DNA of 64,000 bases from Lama guanicoe (Eukaryota), in the NCBI GenBank assembly GCA_013239625.1, contig MU056765.1, forward strand, positions 2,627,629-2,691,628, given 5' to 3'. Positions 41,204 through 55,566 of the stretch are shown piece by piece. The notes under the pieces are model-generated. The model made no database searches, was not told the origin of the DNA, and saw nothing but the letters and a program-made list of their open reading frames with translations. A program made the translations under genes and the position numbers. The stretch's first letter is position 1. The number at the start of each line of letters is the position of its first letter.

Positions 41204-43035
41204 TTCTCTTTATCACACCTGTCTATTCTCTCTAAACCTTTCTCCAGTCCCTTAGACTGACTACAGCCTGCCTGGACCACTAAAGATCATTCTTAATGAC
41301 AGTCATTACACAATTCCTCCACGTTGCCTGAGGCCATTTCCGCAGCAATAATCAGGGAAGATCTTGTCCTCTTCCCCACAGCTGGGCTCAGTATGCCAAC
41401 TTCACTGGAACCAAGAAGGTTTTCAAAAACTCTCCATTAATTACAGGAAACCCAAAGCCCTGTCCCCCCTTCTCATTAACACAATTGCTTTCAGTTGCCA
41501 CTAAATTATCTCACCACCATTAAACCAAGAATCTAATTAGACTTCTGGAGACGGGAAGGGCCGATGGAGAAGGCCGGCACACCACTTTCATCTCAAAACT
41601 GATCATAAAATATTTGTGCCCTTTCGTTCTTGGCCACATAAAATCCGCCCTGGAAGAGTGTCCTTTTATTCTCTCCTATTTATAAAGAGGAGCTCGAAGA
41701 TTTGATATAAAATGAGTATCTTAATAGAAATCGCTTCGCGTATGGGAGGTCTCCTCCCCCTCATTACAATAATGGCACCTGACTCCCCCTGCGTGTGAAT
41801 GCCTCGCAGCCAGACCTCCCGCTGGGCTGCAGTGGAGGCGTGAATGATACGATCACCGGGAAGAAGATAAAATGTATCATTATCATTACTCTAGTTTTAA
41901 GAGGGTCTGACTGTGGCAAGAGGTGGCTGGGAATGTAATCCATACAGAGCATTCAGAGAAGACAAACTGAGTTAAATTTCTCCCAGACACAGCACTTTCC
42001 AACCTGTCTTTAAACCTTCTGTCTTTCCTAAAATCTCAGCTCTGGAGAGAAAAAAAAAAATTAGTTAAATCCAGTCCAGACATGTTTACTGAGTATCTAC
42101 TATGCACCGAGCAATGGGCAGGGCTCTTGACACCCAAATATGACTATAAATTGCTTAATAGCAGTGTTTCTGGATTCTGTTTCTATTGTTTTCATCCCAT
42201 ATAACCCAAGATTCTGGGAATTCAGGGGCTACTCAATGCTCATCGAATAGGACAAAACCTCAGGAGACCAGTAATCTGGCCATAATGAAATACTTGTGTA
42301 TAGAGAGAGTCATTGAGTTACAGCCCAGGCCAATGTAATCTCCAGTTTTCCATATAGAAATAGTTCATTCTGAAAATCTCATTGGACTTCTGAGTGAAGG
42401 GAAACACGTACACATATAAGTTCCTCTTCTCAATAAACACACACTCATGTACTCTGCACATGCCATGCCAATTAGGCTGACTCTTTAACTTGAAAGTAGT
42501 CTTGCCTGGAGGATATCCTGGTGGACTAGCCAGGAGCTGGTCTACCATTACAGAACCAAAGATTCTGGTGGCCCCCGGGGTTCCTTGCAGGTCGCTCTTC
42601 TGCTGAACACTCTCAGGATGGTTTGCTGTTTCTGGTGCTGATACGGAAAATGAAGGCAAACCATTGCCTCTCAACTCTAATTAATACAATGTTAAAGTAT
42701 GTGTTTTCATGTACCAGATGGTTTTTTGCAGGAAACAGTTGTTCAATGCATTTTGACCAATATTTAATGATTAGCTATTGTTTGCCCAGTTTTGAAACTG
42801 GGGTTTCAAAGGTGAGTAACGCTTGACAGTAAAGGGAGTGGGTGGTGCAGCATGGGACACAGACACCACATCAATGTAAGGCTCAATGATCAAGGGGTTG
42901 ACAGGGGCCACAGAGCACAGGAGTGTGGTATAAAGCTTTACCAAGGGGTGAGTCTCAAAATGGGTATAAGGGAAGCCTTCTTAGAGTTGAAGACATCTAA
43001 GCTGAGTCTTGAAGAATAATTATGAATTAGATATC

Positions 43036-43923
43036 TATGGCCAATAGGCACATGGAAAAATGCTCAATATTGCTAATTATCAGAGAAATGTAAATCAAAA
43101 CTACAATGAGGTATCACCTCACACCAGTCAGAATGGCCATCACGCAAAAGTCTACAAATNNNNNNNNNNNNNNNNNNNNNNNNNNNNNNNNNNNNNNNNN
43201 NNNNNNNNNNNNNNNNNNNNNNNNNNNNNNNNNNNNNNNNNNNNNNNNNNNNNNNNNNNNNNNNNNNNNNNNNNNNNNNNNNNNNNNNNNNNNAGTAATC
43301 CCACTCCTGGGCATGTATCCAGAGGGAACTCTAATTTGANNNNNNNNNNNNNNNNNNNNNNNNNNNNNNNNNNNNNNNNNNNNNNNNNNNNNNNNNNNNN
43401 NNNNNNNNNNNNNNNNNNNNNNNNNNNNNNNNNNNNNNNNNNNNNNNNNNNNNNNNNNNNNNNNNNNNNNNNNNNNNNNNNNNTAAAATAATGCCGCTTG
43501 TAGCAACATGGATGTTCCTAGAGAATGTCATTCTAAGTGAAGTAAGCCAGAAAGAGAAAGAAAAATACCATATGATATCACTTATATGTAGAATCTAAAA
43601 GAAAAAAAGAAGAAGACACTAATGACCTCATCTACAAAACAGAAATAGACTCACAGACGTAGTAAACAATCTTATGGTTACTGGGGAAAAGGGGCAGGAA
43701 GGGATAAATTTGGGAGTTTGTGATTTGCAAACTTTAACCACTATATATAAAAATAGATTAAAAAAACCAAATTTCTCCTGTGTAGCACAGGGAACTATAG
43801 TCAATGTCTTGTAATAACCTTTAATGAAAAAGAATATGAAAAGGAATATATGCATGACTGGGACGTTGTGCACCAGAAATTGACACATTGTAACTGACTA
43901 CACTTCAATAAAAAAAAAAAAAA
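43036..43923 (+). mobile_element. Young 5'-truncated L1, same family as the 20 kb copy
   Basis: ORF2 C-terminal peptide MRYHLTPVRMA, poly(A) tail, and TSD GAATTA(G/C)ATATC at 43024-43035 and 43924-43935. Confidence 0.9.
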
Positions 43924-45997
43924 GAATTACATATCCAAATAGCTTGAAGAGTGGATGAGGGGAGACAGGACGTTTCTGGGGTGGAAAACAGATAATAGCA
44001 AGAGCAATAATAATAACAGTTGCACAAGTTTGCTGAACTCTTGGTTTGTGTCAGGCCCTCTGCTAAGATGTTTGCCAGCATGCCTTCACCGATTGCTCAC
44101 CACCATCTCCTACACCAGGAGGCATGCTTCCCCCCACTTCACAGATGTGAGCACTGAGGTCTGAGATCACCCAGCTGCTTTAGCACAGCACTGAGCTTCT
44201 AACGCAGGCAACTGGAAGCAAGAAGATGTGCATTCAACTGGAGTGCTGGGCAGCCCAGGGGTGGTGTTAAGAAAAATGAGCCAAAACTTAGAGAAAAAAG
44301 GCAAGTGGAAGGTGCATGTCCTTTAGGAGTCCAAGAGCATCATTTTTCAGGCCCGCCCAAGGATTATTATCTAGGGAAATGGACCCTGACTGGATTCACC
44401 ACTGATTAAAGGTCCAGATTCTGGCAGGCACCTGTAGACTTTTGCCCGGAAAATATGCAAATGATTTTTTTCCAGTAGAAAAGATAAGCACAGAGATTAT
44501 GGTTTTATTGCCCATTAGGACATAAACTGAGCAATCCTGCTAGTCATTCTTTGTCCAAAGCCTGCCCTCCTGTAATACCCTTTTCTTCCCATTCTTTTTG
44601 GACCAGCTTTATCACCATGTTGGTTTCCTCACTAAAGACGTGAATGAATCCTTGACATGAGTTTTTCGGTTTTTGCAAGTTTCACTCTGACAGTGGGGAT
44701 TCCAAAGGAGTTTGGTGCTGGTTGACATCTCCAAGGAGGTGGGGTTGGAGCAGGAGGCCGGGGCCAGTTCTGGGGGGTTGGGTGCCTCTTGGGGATGTTT
44801 ACAGCCTGGACCATGGGAACAGCTCAGCTCTTCCGGGATGTCCAGTTTAAATCAGGAAAGAGCTTATTTCCTCCTTTTTGGGCAAAAAAAAAAAAAAAAA
44901 ATTAAAAAATGGAAGTTTTTGAGACGGTTTCGGTGCGAAGGGGTCTTCAGGGAAGGACCGAAGCTGGCAGATCTGCTGCATCCCGTCATGGTCCAGAGCT
45001 GAAGGGAGGGGGCTCTCCAAGGGCCTCCCGTTCAGCAGAGCCCGCTGGGCAAACAGTCACTCTGTGCGGTTCCAACCCGGGCCCCGTGGGTAGCGCTTTT
45101 CAGAAAATTATTTGTTTTTAAAATAAAACTTTAATTTCTCTAGATCTTTTTTTGAATGTTTCCTACTGTATATTTTAAGTGATTAATCTGGACTTACAGA
45201 AATCTGTTTTACAACTTGAAGACTTCTTCAGTTTGTACACTATGGCTCCTGGATGTCCCAGATCCTATTAACTAGCCCATTTATTTGACTATATTGGTTC
45301 TTTTTGAAAGACAAGATGTTTGGCTGAATTGACCCCCATTCTTTTGGTTAGGAGTATCTGATCATGATTCCACATAGGACAAAAAAACAAATAAAATAAA
45401 TTATTTTACAATCCTTAAATTCCTGTGCATTGTTTTTGCACCTAGATACGACTTCATCATTTGGGGCCTCTCTCCATAAATGGCAGTTGGTTAAGAGAAA
45501 AATCAGGCGTTCTAGAATTTGGGAGTTAGAAGCAATTTTCACAATCATTTTGCTCCAGCTACTAGAATATTGAATTTCATTCTGATTCCACTAGAATTAA
45601 GAATTCACTCTTTAATCTGTAAAGTTTGGCACCCTGATGACAGGTATCAGTCATTTCTGATTGGGTGGATCGTTTGGTTTAATAACTAAATGGCTTACCC
45701 AATATCAGTCTTTGCTTTAGAAGTAAAATGTCTAAAAGCTTAACAGACTTGTGAAATTTAAATATTTTTCACTTACTCATAGTCTCTGATCGTTTTAAGC
45801 AAGGCAGATCACAGAGTTTGAGAGAATAATGGATTCGCCTTGAGACAAAACAGATACAAAACCACGAGCTAAGAGCTGAGCTCCCTCCATTTCCCTGTGT
45901 CATCTGTGAGCTACACCTTGAGCAGGTGACATTTGGTGACAGCAGGCCTGATGTATTTTTTTTTTCCTACTTGGATTTAACATGAGAGAGCATCTGA

Positions 45998-46030
<33 letters not shown>

Positions 46031-49000
46031 AAAAGAATGAAATGCCTGTTCGCTTTTCCATCACTACTGCTCCAGACTTTCAGATGCAAAACTACAGAAA
46101 TATTTCTCGTGGTGTTTTATGGAGTTTTAACAAAATTTGTAACATACTTGACAATACAGTCTCATCTTAAATACAAAGGGCAGGGGAATTGTTTCAGTAG
46201 TGAAATCGTGTGTTCTCTACACACCACATAACCTCCTGGAGCAGTTAGTTCAACAAGAAGAAGAAAAGAAAAATTAGGCTCACTTATTCAGGTACCGATT
46301 ATCTGGTGTGGTTATTAAATCATTATTGGGAGACTGCAATAGAAGTTATTTCAAATTATGCATCATTTTGAACAAACTTTATTGAAGCTTTCAGTGCATT
46401 AGCCCTAATTACTCACAGCAATGATGCAGTGCTCCCTTGAACCGGACCTCCTTTGTTGTGCCAGGGGACAGCAGCTGATCAATAGCTATTGAGCAGCTGG
46501 ATCATGAAGGCTGACCTGCCTGAGCGCCCGTGGCGGCCACGGCCATCCCTCCCTCCCTCCCCCCCTCCCAGTAGCTCACAGACGACACGGCCTCAGCCTG
46601 GGTACCCACTCCTGCAGCTCCTCTTCCGCCTCCTCCCCCAGATCACTAACTTTATCATCACCATCACTCTCTGACTCTGAGATGCTAAGAAGCTGCCTTA
46701 AACACACACAGACATACACACACACGCGTGCGCGCACACATGCTAGAAAAGACATATTTTTAAACCTCCGACCCAAGTTCATTTCTTCCATGTTATGTTT
46801 ATAAAATAAGGTGGGAAAGTTTCCTTTTCTTTTTTTTTTACCCAAGATCACCTGTTTGAGAAAGCACCCTTTGGACTATAGGCTGATTAATCATTCGACG
46901 CGTATTTACAACAGCCCATCACACGTCTGTCAAATCTGTCAAATGTCTTCCATTTGCTCGCTAAGCAGTTCCAACGTCAAGCCTGTTTTTCTCAGCTGTC
47001 TCACACCTTGTTTGGTCCTGTGTGAGCACACAGCTACTGCCTCATGATCATTCATTTCACTCAGTGATCATTTATTGAGCATCTACATACACGAGGAACT
47101 GTACTAGATAATTTAGTTTCCGTTATATTTAAATAAAAGGAATTTCTAATTAATTGAATTATTCCTGTATTTTTTAATCTGAATAAAGGATTCCTTAAAT
47201 TAACTTTGCTTTATAAGTCACTTAATTTATGCTTCTTTTCTTTCTTTCTTTTTTTTTTTTTTTTTTTCACTTTTACTTCAAGACCATCCTGTAGAAATGA
47301 TGACCCATTGAAAAATAAGCTGATTTCTGTATATAATCAGAAGTAATTCTGACTTACGTTACTGACAGTGAAAGACAGGACACTAAAGAAAACAGCAATT
47401 AAGGGAGTAGTCTTATCAGAAATACGTGTGACTAACGTAAAGCATCCTTTTGAATGAAATCAAGCCCAGAAACCATTAACAACTATTAACAGCCTTCTGT
47501 ATGCTTGACTTTGGTTAAAGCATCAAATTACGAGTTTCACTCACTGTTCTCTAAAAGGAGTCCATAATTAGGGAGAAAGGACTCTGTCTTTGACACTCTT
47601 GGGACTATGACAGAAGTGAGATTCCATCGGAAATCAGGCAGTAAGGAAATCAAGAAATTTCCAATCCAATTGCATGACCTCAGGAAAATCTTTGAATCTC
47701 GAGAGCGTTGGTTCCTTCACGTGTGAAACAGAGCATTGGACATGAGCCCAGCCTGTGTGACCCTGAGTCTCTGAGGTTGGTGGGAAGACATTCATCTGCG
47801 GGGAGCAGAATCTCAGGAAGGTCCGGCCTCCAGCACCTGGAGGAGATCGCTAGCCTGTTTTCCCGCAAAAGCTCTGCTCAGACCCGGAAATGGGATCAAA
47901 TCTGTGAAATTCTCATGAGGGTCTCAGTTTAGCACTGCCAAAAATAAACAGCCCATTCCTGCATCCTGAAACAGGAGAGCTTTGGCTCCGATCTGATTAC
48001 CAGAGAGACAGGTTTAAAAGTTTAATGCCCACCTGTGTCTGTGCCCGTTTGGCATATTTGGAAATTACTGAACACAGATAGAGGAGGCAAGCCCACAGAA
48101 GCGTGCGGTCCCAGGAACCCTGTCTCTCACGCTGCGTGGATGGAGTTCAGGAAAGGAAAATGGGGGACCACCTGTCTTTTGCCTCTGGGAAATATCTGTG
48201 CTTGGCAAGCAAAGGCGGAAACACGCAGGCTAATTTCTAGATCCATAAAGGGAGGTCTCCAGAGCTTAACCGACAAGTTTGAAGAAGCAATTATCTGGGT
48301 GAGTATGCAGACCTCGGCCCAAATCTTTTGCTCCAGCCGAGTGATGACTTCCCAGAGTTCCAGGCATGGGACTCCGTCAACATTGCTCCCTCTGCCTGGC
48401 TGCCCTCCTCCCCATAAGGCACTGCTGATCCATCAAGTCTCAGGGCAGCTTCGTCCCCATTCCTCTGACTCTACCTCATTGCTGGCATTATTCACCTGAC
48501 ATTTACATCCAGTACTCTTCACTTCACAACTAGCATGTGAACGATGTGAAGATTCTTGATCATATTTGAAAGCGCAGCCCCTTTCTTCAGAGCAAGAGTT
48601 CCCAAATGGCTGGGAAGAACACCATTTCCAAGAGGTACTGAGAGTTATTCGCAGAGAGGTGAGTTTTGCGGTCAGGTAGGGTCGTGAAAGTCTGTGTCTC
48701 TCCCTCCTGGAACCTCACAATGCACACTGGTCAATTAAAGGCTCTGAAAACCTCTGCAGAAATGAAGCCAGGTGCAATGCAGTCTCCCTTTCCCTCACTT
48801 AACCATGAAAACATCTTTATCACAAAACACCTACTCATGTTTTGTGAAACTCAGTTTGAGAAGTGTCATTCCAAACATCTCTTTCTATTATTTCAGTTAG
48901 GCTCATTTTTTAAATCGCCCCATGATTCCCACGAAGGAGTTAGGTACATAGAGTCTCGTGCTTAAAGCAACCTGCTGATTTAGGAGGTGAGTTTAGAGGG

Positions 49001-50054
49001 AGTATCAGTAATGAGTCTCTTCTTGGGCTTCTAATCAAAATAGGCATTTCTAAACACTGCAGTGTGGGTAACATTTACCAGTGCATTAGTTCAACACCTT
49101 TCCTGGAGTGCGCCCTCCTTCTGTGTGCCGTAAAGGTGGCAACAGCTAAATCGTGGCTTCTACCTCCAAGGTACGTACGATTCTGCTACAAAAGAGTAGT
49201 TAAATGGAAGCACGTCTTATGTAGTCTAGGAGGGGGCGGCCAGCGTGTGGCAGAGACACTGAATGCTGCCGGCATTCAGAGCAGGTGGGGTCACTGAGCC
49301 TTGGAGGTCAGTGGGATGGGACGAGGGCCTGAGTAAGGCTGTCCTCAAAGGCAGGTTTGAAGCCAGGTCCACGACCTGCGTTCCTGGCAAAGTGGGGTTG
49401 GTGCAGGGACTGGTGGGAAGTGATAGGGGAGCGGAGGAAGGCAGAGCTTACGGGACGTCTGAGTAAGGAGTTTATATTTTATAAACTGCCAGTGAGGAGT
49501 CTGGTGACCACTGGGGAATTCATGACATCATGGGGTAGAATGAATCAAAGCCTCAGGGAAACCCTGATTACTGTCTCCCAACCCCGGTGAGCTTGGGAGG
49601 GGGTGAAATGCAGTGGTCGACAGCCCACCTGCTGGACCTGAGTTGGAATCCTGACTGTCCCCACGGGTTCCTGGGGCAAGTTCCTCTACCCTTAGCTTCC
49701 TCTTCTGGGATGAAGACACAAGTATTTATTTCACGGAGTTCTTGTATGAGTTACATGAGATAACATATCCAAGGCCCTTGATGCAGAGATTCGTAATGAC
49801 TGAGGCTTGATAAAGAGTAATTAGCACTGTTGCTGACCCTCACATGGCCTTGGCTTCCAGGTTCTGAGATGATCTCCTTGTCTTAGACCTCCTCCCACCT
49901 GAAGAAGCCCCTGCTGACACAGTTGACACACCTGTGTCTGCGGGAGGTTGGCTGAGCAGAGAACTCTTACCTACATTCAAAAGGACACTCCCAGAGGGCC
50001 TTCTCCACACCCACCTTCACCGGGGTGAACCCAGAGCCGCTGGAAAGTGCTCAC

Positions 50055-50225
50055 CTGCGTCTGCTGTGGCCGCAGATGCGGCGAGGAGGGACAGCACTGG
50101 GGCTGGGGGGATTGCAACTCCGTCAACTGTGGCTGGCTTCTTCCTGGTCATCATGGCGGACACGGTGCCCTCACTCTTGCTATGTGTTGCCGTTTGGTCC
50201 ACTTTTAAGTGGGGACTTGGCATCC
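50055..50225 (-). CDS. SETBP1: SETBP1 penultimate coding exon (human exon 5 equivalent), 171 bp
   Basis: ttattatttttcag|GG ATG CCA...GAC GCA G|gtgagc; encodes (G)[56 protein letters not shown], matching SETBP1. Phase 1-1; joins in frame to the exon at 27549 (G|CC = Ala). Confidence 0.96.
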
Positions 50226-53200
50226 CTGAAAAATAATAACCCCCAAACCCTGCAGTTACTTTCGAAACAGGAAGACAGACAACATAAAACCTGAAAATGA
50301 GCACAGGAAACTATCAAACGATCTGACCTCCTCGTGGTACAAGGATGACACTTTAGAATGTTTAAAGAAGAAGAAGAAAAAACAAACTTAGATGCATGAC
50401 TGCTTTGGGTTTTGCGGCTGAGGTTAGTGGAGATGACATTCCAGGTTGGCTGCCTGGAAGTGGGGATCAGGCACAGACCTAATAAAGCAATGGAATCCAT
50501 CACACACGCTTTGCCTCCCACGGGTCAGGAAGCCTGTCTTCACAGAGGTCGTGCTGTGCGCAGCATGGAGGGGAGGTGTGGACCCCACCCTACTGAGGCT
50601 TCCCATCTCACCCATGAGCTGGGGAGACGAGATGGAATGAGAAGGGAAAACGGGGGAGCCAGCACGGGCAGTCTGGGTGTTATGCGTCCTGGGTGCTTGT
50701 GGAGTTCTCAGGAGGTCGCGATTTGTGTGAGAAGACGTGAGGAAAGGCTTCCCCAAGCTCAGGCCGGAGCAGCAAGGGTGAAGGAAAGGCGTTCGCGGTG
50801 CCGAGAGGTGTCTGCTAAGTCCTGGGTGGGGAATGAGGACCATTCAGATGAGAGACCAGCCTGCTGGAGGTCAAAGATGCACTTTGGGGACCGCAGCGTG
50901 ACAGCAGTCACCAGGTCAGGTGAGAGCTGAACCTGGGGGTCTGGTCATAAGAGTATGACAAGTAATAGTACTGAGCATCATAAGTCATATCTTTATGAGG
51001 CTTAAAAGCCTGGGTGGGCTCTTAGAAGGTGCATCTGTGAGGGCGGGGAAATTCACTATATAACAAATTGCAAGAGTGGTCCTGGAGCCTTGTTTTCCGG
51101 GCTAGAATCCAGGCTGTCTTACTTTTCAGCTGTGTGATCACAAGCAAGTTACTTAACCTCTCCAAGCTGCAAGCTTCCTTAACTGTGCAGAAGGGCTGGA
51201 CCGGCGCTACCTCACTGGGTGGCGGGGGTGTCCGTGAGTCAGCCAACACAAGGTGCTTGGAACAGTGTCTGGCCCACGGTCCACGCTACAGAAGTGTCTC
51301 CAGCTCTGATTATTCTAATTATTCCTACTAACCCTGTTACAACCTGCTTCCTCCTCAGGCCAAACTGAAGTCAGCCAGCAAAGGCTCAGTTCTCTTCCCT
51401 GACACGACCAGGGGTTTCTGGGCACCTTCTACATCCTCAGCTGCAAAAAAAAGTCACTCTCCAACTCATCCACACACGAGCGCAGAGGCTGGAGTTCTCT
51501 GAATGCATGCCAAATGCTCATCCACTTAGAATTTCTTTGTAAGATCCAGGCCACTGACAGCAGCAGTAACAGAGGGGGCTTCATCATGGTCGTTCTTGAG
51601 CCGAGTTCCCATCCCAAATGTACAACTCTTAATGTCAGAGACGGAAGCTTTCAGGAACTGAGACGCTAAACCCAGGTATCACCTTGGTCTGCCTCACCGC
51701 TTTCTAACATCTGCCCATGATCCCTGTCTGCCAACAGAAAAAGGAGTTTTAGATTTAGAGGACCATGCATGGGAGAACTAATTAGGCAGCTGAAGGTTTA
51801 GGCCTAGAAGAATAGATGTGTATTCCATTTGCCCATTCATCCATCCAACACTTTTGAGCACCTACGATCTGTCAAACTGGGGACTCGAAAGAAAGCTAGA
51901 CACAGTGCCTGACTTTTAGAATTTTGCAGCTGCCTACAGGAATTGTCAGAGAAATGAACAAATAATTGCACAACGAGAGTTAAGTCCTATTGCTGTCTGT
52001 CCAAGGTGGTAAGACGTGGGTGTGGGCGGGAGACACTAACTGCACACCTGTGTCCACTGAGGACACATGGCCCTAGTTTCACACCTGGAAAAGGCACCTG
52101 TGACCACGTCAGGAAGAAAGTCATGTTGACATTTTCATTTACCTTCAACTACCTTCCTCCCACTCTCCATCCCAATCTCTGAAACTTCCACAGGAGGTGC
52201 TGCGAATAACAGCACAGTTTGGCTTTTTTGATTCCGTATTTCATAGCATTTTGACTGTGGGAGTAGACGGACGTCAAATTCTACGACAGAGAGATTGCAA
52301 AGATTCCATCAGGAAACCAGGGCATGCGGCAAACACGTACATGATCCCTGGATGATGCCTGTTTGTAAGCCATGCAGGTGTGCCAGGGTCCGGCGAGATA
52401 CATACACGCAGCAAACATAAAATGCAAGCAGAATTATCTGCACGGCAGTACATCCAAATGGCCAACAGTGGCTATTCTGAGGAATGAGAGCACAGGGAAG
52501 ATGAGTGACGGAGTTCTTGCTTTGGTTCCCCAGCCTTCTTGAATGTTAGTATGTTTAAAACCACAAGCATATTTAAACTCTATTTCTATTCAGAAAATAA
52601 ACATAGTTTGGGAAGAATCTAGAAGTCTATCTGAGAACTGCTCACTAGGGTAGCCTGAGTGATCTGCCTGAATAACTGGCTGTTAACGAATCTGCGATGG
52701 GACAGCAGCCCAGAGTCTGATGAAAACACCTCGCTGTGGTACCCTGCCCCACCGTGGTCCAGTTCCCGTCAGATGGACGCGGCATCCGTTGCCACACACG
52801 CCTCTGGAACTATTAAGCTGCCAGAGTTCGGCTGGATTTCCCTTTGGAAAAACTCACTGACCTGTCGTCCTGTGGACACGGGGGGGGGGGCAGGTAGTGC
52901 TTTGCTCAGTTTATGATACGCACAGGGACGCAGCCATGAACAGGATTAGCAGACAGACACGCAGCTCTCACTTGGGAAGAGACTGACTTCAAGCCATTTC
53001 AGTTGTACCCTTTTGCATGGGGATGTCCACAATCCAGACACTCCATCAAAGATCAATCACACCTCTACCAGATGGACTCTGCCGCTCAAGTATTTACGGC
53101 ACAGAGTATGTCAAAAGTCACCAAATGACGCCAAAAAGGTCTGTAATTCAGACTGTCACTATTTAGCTGTCCCGAGAACCCTAGATAATTCAGGATTTTC

Positions 53201-55566
53201 TGGATGATAGTACTGTTTGCAAGTTGTCATCCAGTGAATTTGGAAACAAATTAAAAAAAGTACGGACATTTTTTTCAGACGCTTTTGAATTTTGAAAGGA
53301 TTGGGGAAACAATCCCAGAAACAGTATACGTGAGCGAGAATCCTGAGTGAACCTTAAACAGAGCCACAGGTAATCCAGAAAATCTCTCTGAGAGCAGAGG
53401 TCTCGGGAGCCTGGAATGGGCGACTTCCCCATGGGAGACTGCACTGGGCAGGCTGGTCACGGGAAGGTTTTGTTTCCCTTCATTTCACGTGGCAGCTGAT
53501 GCTCCGTGGACAGGCACCCAAAGGACTAGACGAATGTGAAACAGTTCAGAACCCAGTTCTCACAAATGCTGGGTGATGGCAGAATGGTGGGACGTTTGGC
53601 ACATTCCTTCCCAGCTCGGGTCTGGCTGCTGTCTCTCCAGGGGAGGGAGATTTTTGAGGCTGGAGACTGATCATAAAGAAACCCAGATACAGTACAGTAC
53701 TGACCGGACCACTGAGATGTGGCACCACTGCATACACTGGGGCAGGAGGAAAGGGAAGGATGGCTTTGATCTTGGAAAGGATCATGATGTCACATTTGGA
53801 CAGCAGACTATGCGGAGAGCTCACCTGGTAGGTGTGTTCAGAGCATCCCCAAACCCCAACACAGGACGAACTGTACCAAGGCTCGTGTATTTGGAGGCCA
53901 GTACACATTTAAAGGAGGAAATAACAATGCTAATAACTTTGTGGATCCAACATCTGTTCATAATTAAGACAGCGAAGCCAAGAGAAAATTTTATAAGTTG
54001 GGTCTGTATGAAAACATTCTGTTACAACCTGTTGACCTCTATTGATACATTTTTTTAAAAAAAAGTCTTTGAAACTGTCCTGCAGCCTGTCGAGGGACAG
54101 TCACTCATTTCCAGAGGAAATTTCTCACAGGCCACTTACGCTCTCGCACCTCCACCGGCACTCTGTGTTTGCATTAGGGACTTGATTTATGGATCCCTAC
54201 TCCTCCGGAGCAGAAGCGGACTTCCTGTTGCCTTGGTTACTCGGAGCGCAGTTCAAGGTTAAAGTACTCCCAAATTGGAACCCGTGGCAGGCGCTGCACC
54301 CCGCCGCCAGGTTATTGATTGGCCCCGGATGCGGAAAGGTCAGAGACCAAAGCACTGTTTACTGCCTTAAGGGTGAGTCAATATCGAGTCAATAGCTTCG
54401 ATATTTTGATTCTCTTTCTTCCTAAGTAGCACTTGCTGTTCAGTTACCTCTGGCCCAAGTTACTCAAGGTTACAGGGGTCATGGAGGGAAAAAGCAGGGT
54501 CTATGGCGGCTGATTTCTCCAGGATCCCTTTAATGAGCTCTGTGACCTTGGATAATAAAAAAAAACAGCCTCACCATTGACTAATTTGCATGTTGCTCTA
54601 GGTTTATAAAGTTAGTTATCTACTTACCTCATTTTCTCTGTGGGGAAACAGACAAAAAAAAAAAAACCCTTTGTGGGGTGACTGCTGTTTACTCCCCTTT
54701 CCTAGATGAGAAAATGGAGGCTCAGGGAGGTCAGACGGCTTACGTAAAATCACACAGCTGGTAAGAAGTGGTAAGAACTAGATTCTAACTCCTGGCTGAG
54801 TCCTCCTTTCACAGTTTCCTTAAAATAAACAACCTGCAGAATCATCATCCAGGAATCATACGTAATTCATTTTGTAACATCCACTGCAGAAAGTGGTCTA
54901 TTTGGAAACTACTATGTGATTAATACAGACTTACTGAGCAGCTTAATTAATTTTTTTAATTCCAAGATTTGTAAATGCAGACGTTTCTGGAAATAAAACC
55001 TAGGATGGCAAAGAGGGAGAGGCTGACACCACCCAGATGGTTAGTTCCTTCCGTCACCATCCTGCCCTTTCATTGTCGGACGCAGCATGTGGCATGGGCT
55101 GAGCAGCGTGTTTCATGGAGCAGTTAGTGACTTCTAGTCTGCAAAGACCGGTGACAGGCATTGTGCTACTTGCCCCTTGCAGCATCCTTGTGGGTGACAA
55201 GAGGCAGATGGGAAAACTCCCAATTCACAAATTACAAGACAAGGCACAGAGGACCAGGTGATGTGCCCACACCCACATATCACACGTGTGAAGGAAGTGA
55301 TGCTGGTATCCATGCCTCTTGACTCAATTTAATGTTGTTTTCTGTCTCATCATATGTTGACTTTTGGATAAACCAGTAAATAAAATTTTTTTTCACCAGA
55401 GGAAACTCTTCCTGAAAACTTGATAATAATTCCAATTCTCATATACTGGTTGTCTGTTTGAAATCTTCCATTGTTCTTTTTTTTCTTGTTTGCAGATGAA
55501 CTTTACTCATAATAAGGGGATACAGGTTAACAGAAGAAAAGTGAATCAAGAAGTAGATACCCTTGG

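Noticed and set aside
50412-50930. 172-aa + strand ORF near exon 5 (and similar 150-160 aa ORFs at 48035 and 53573)
   Set aside because: Non-ATG starts, no recognisable homology or splice support, and partial overlap with L2-like relic sequence; chance ORFs.
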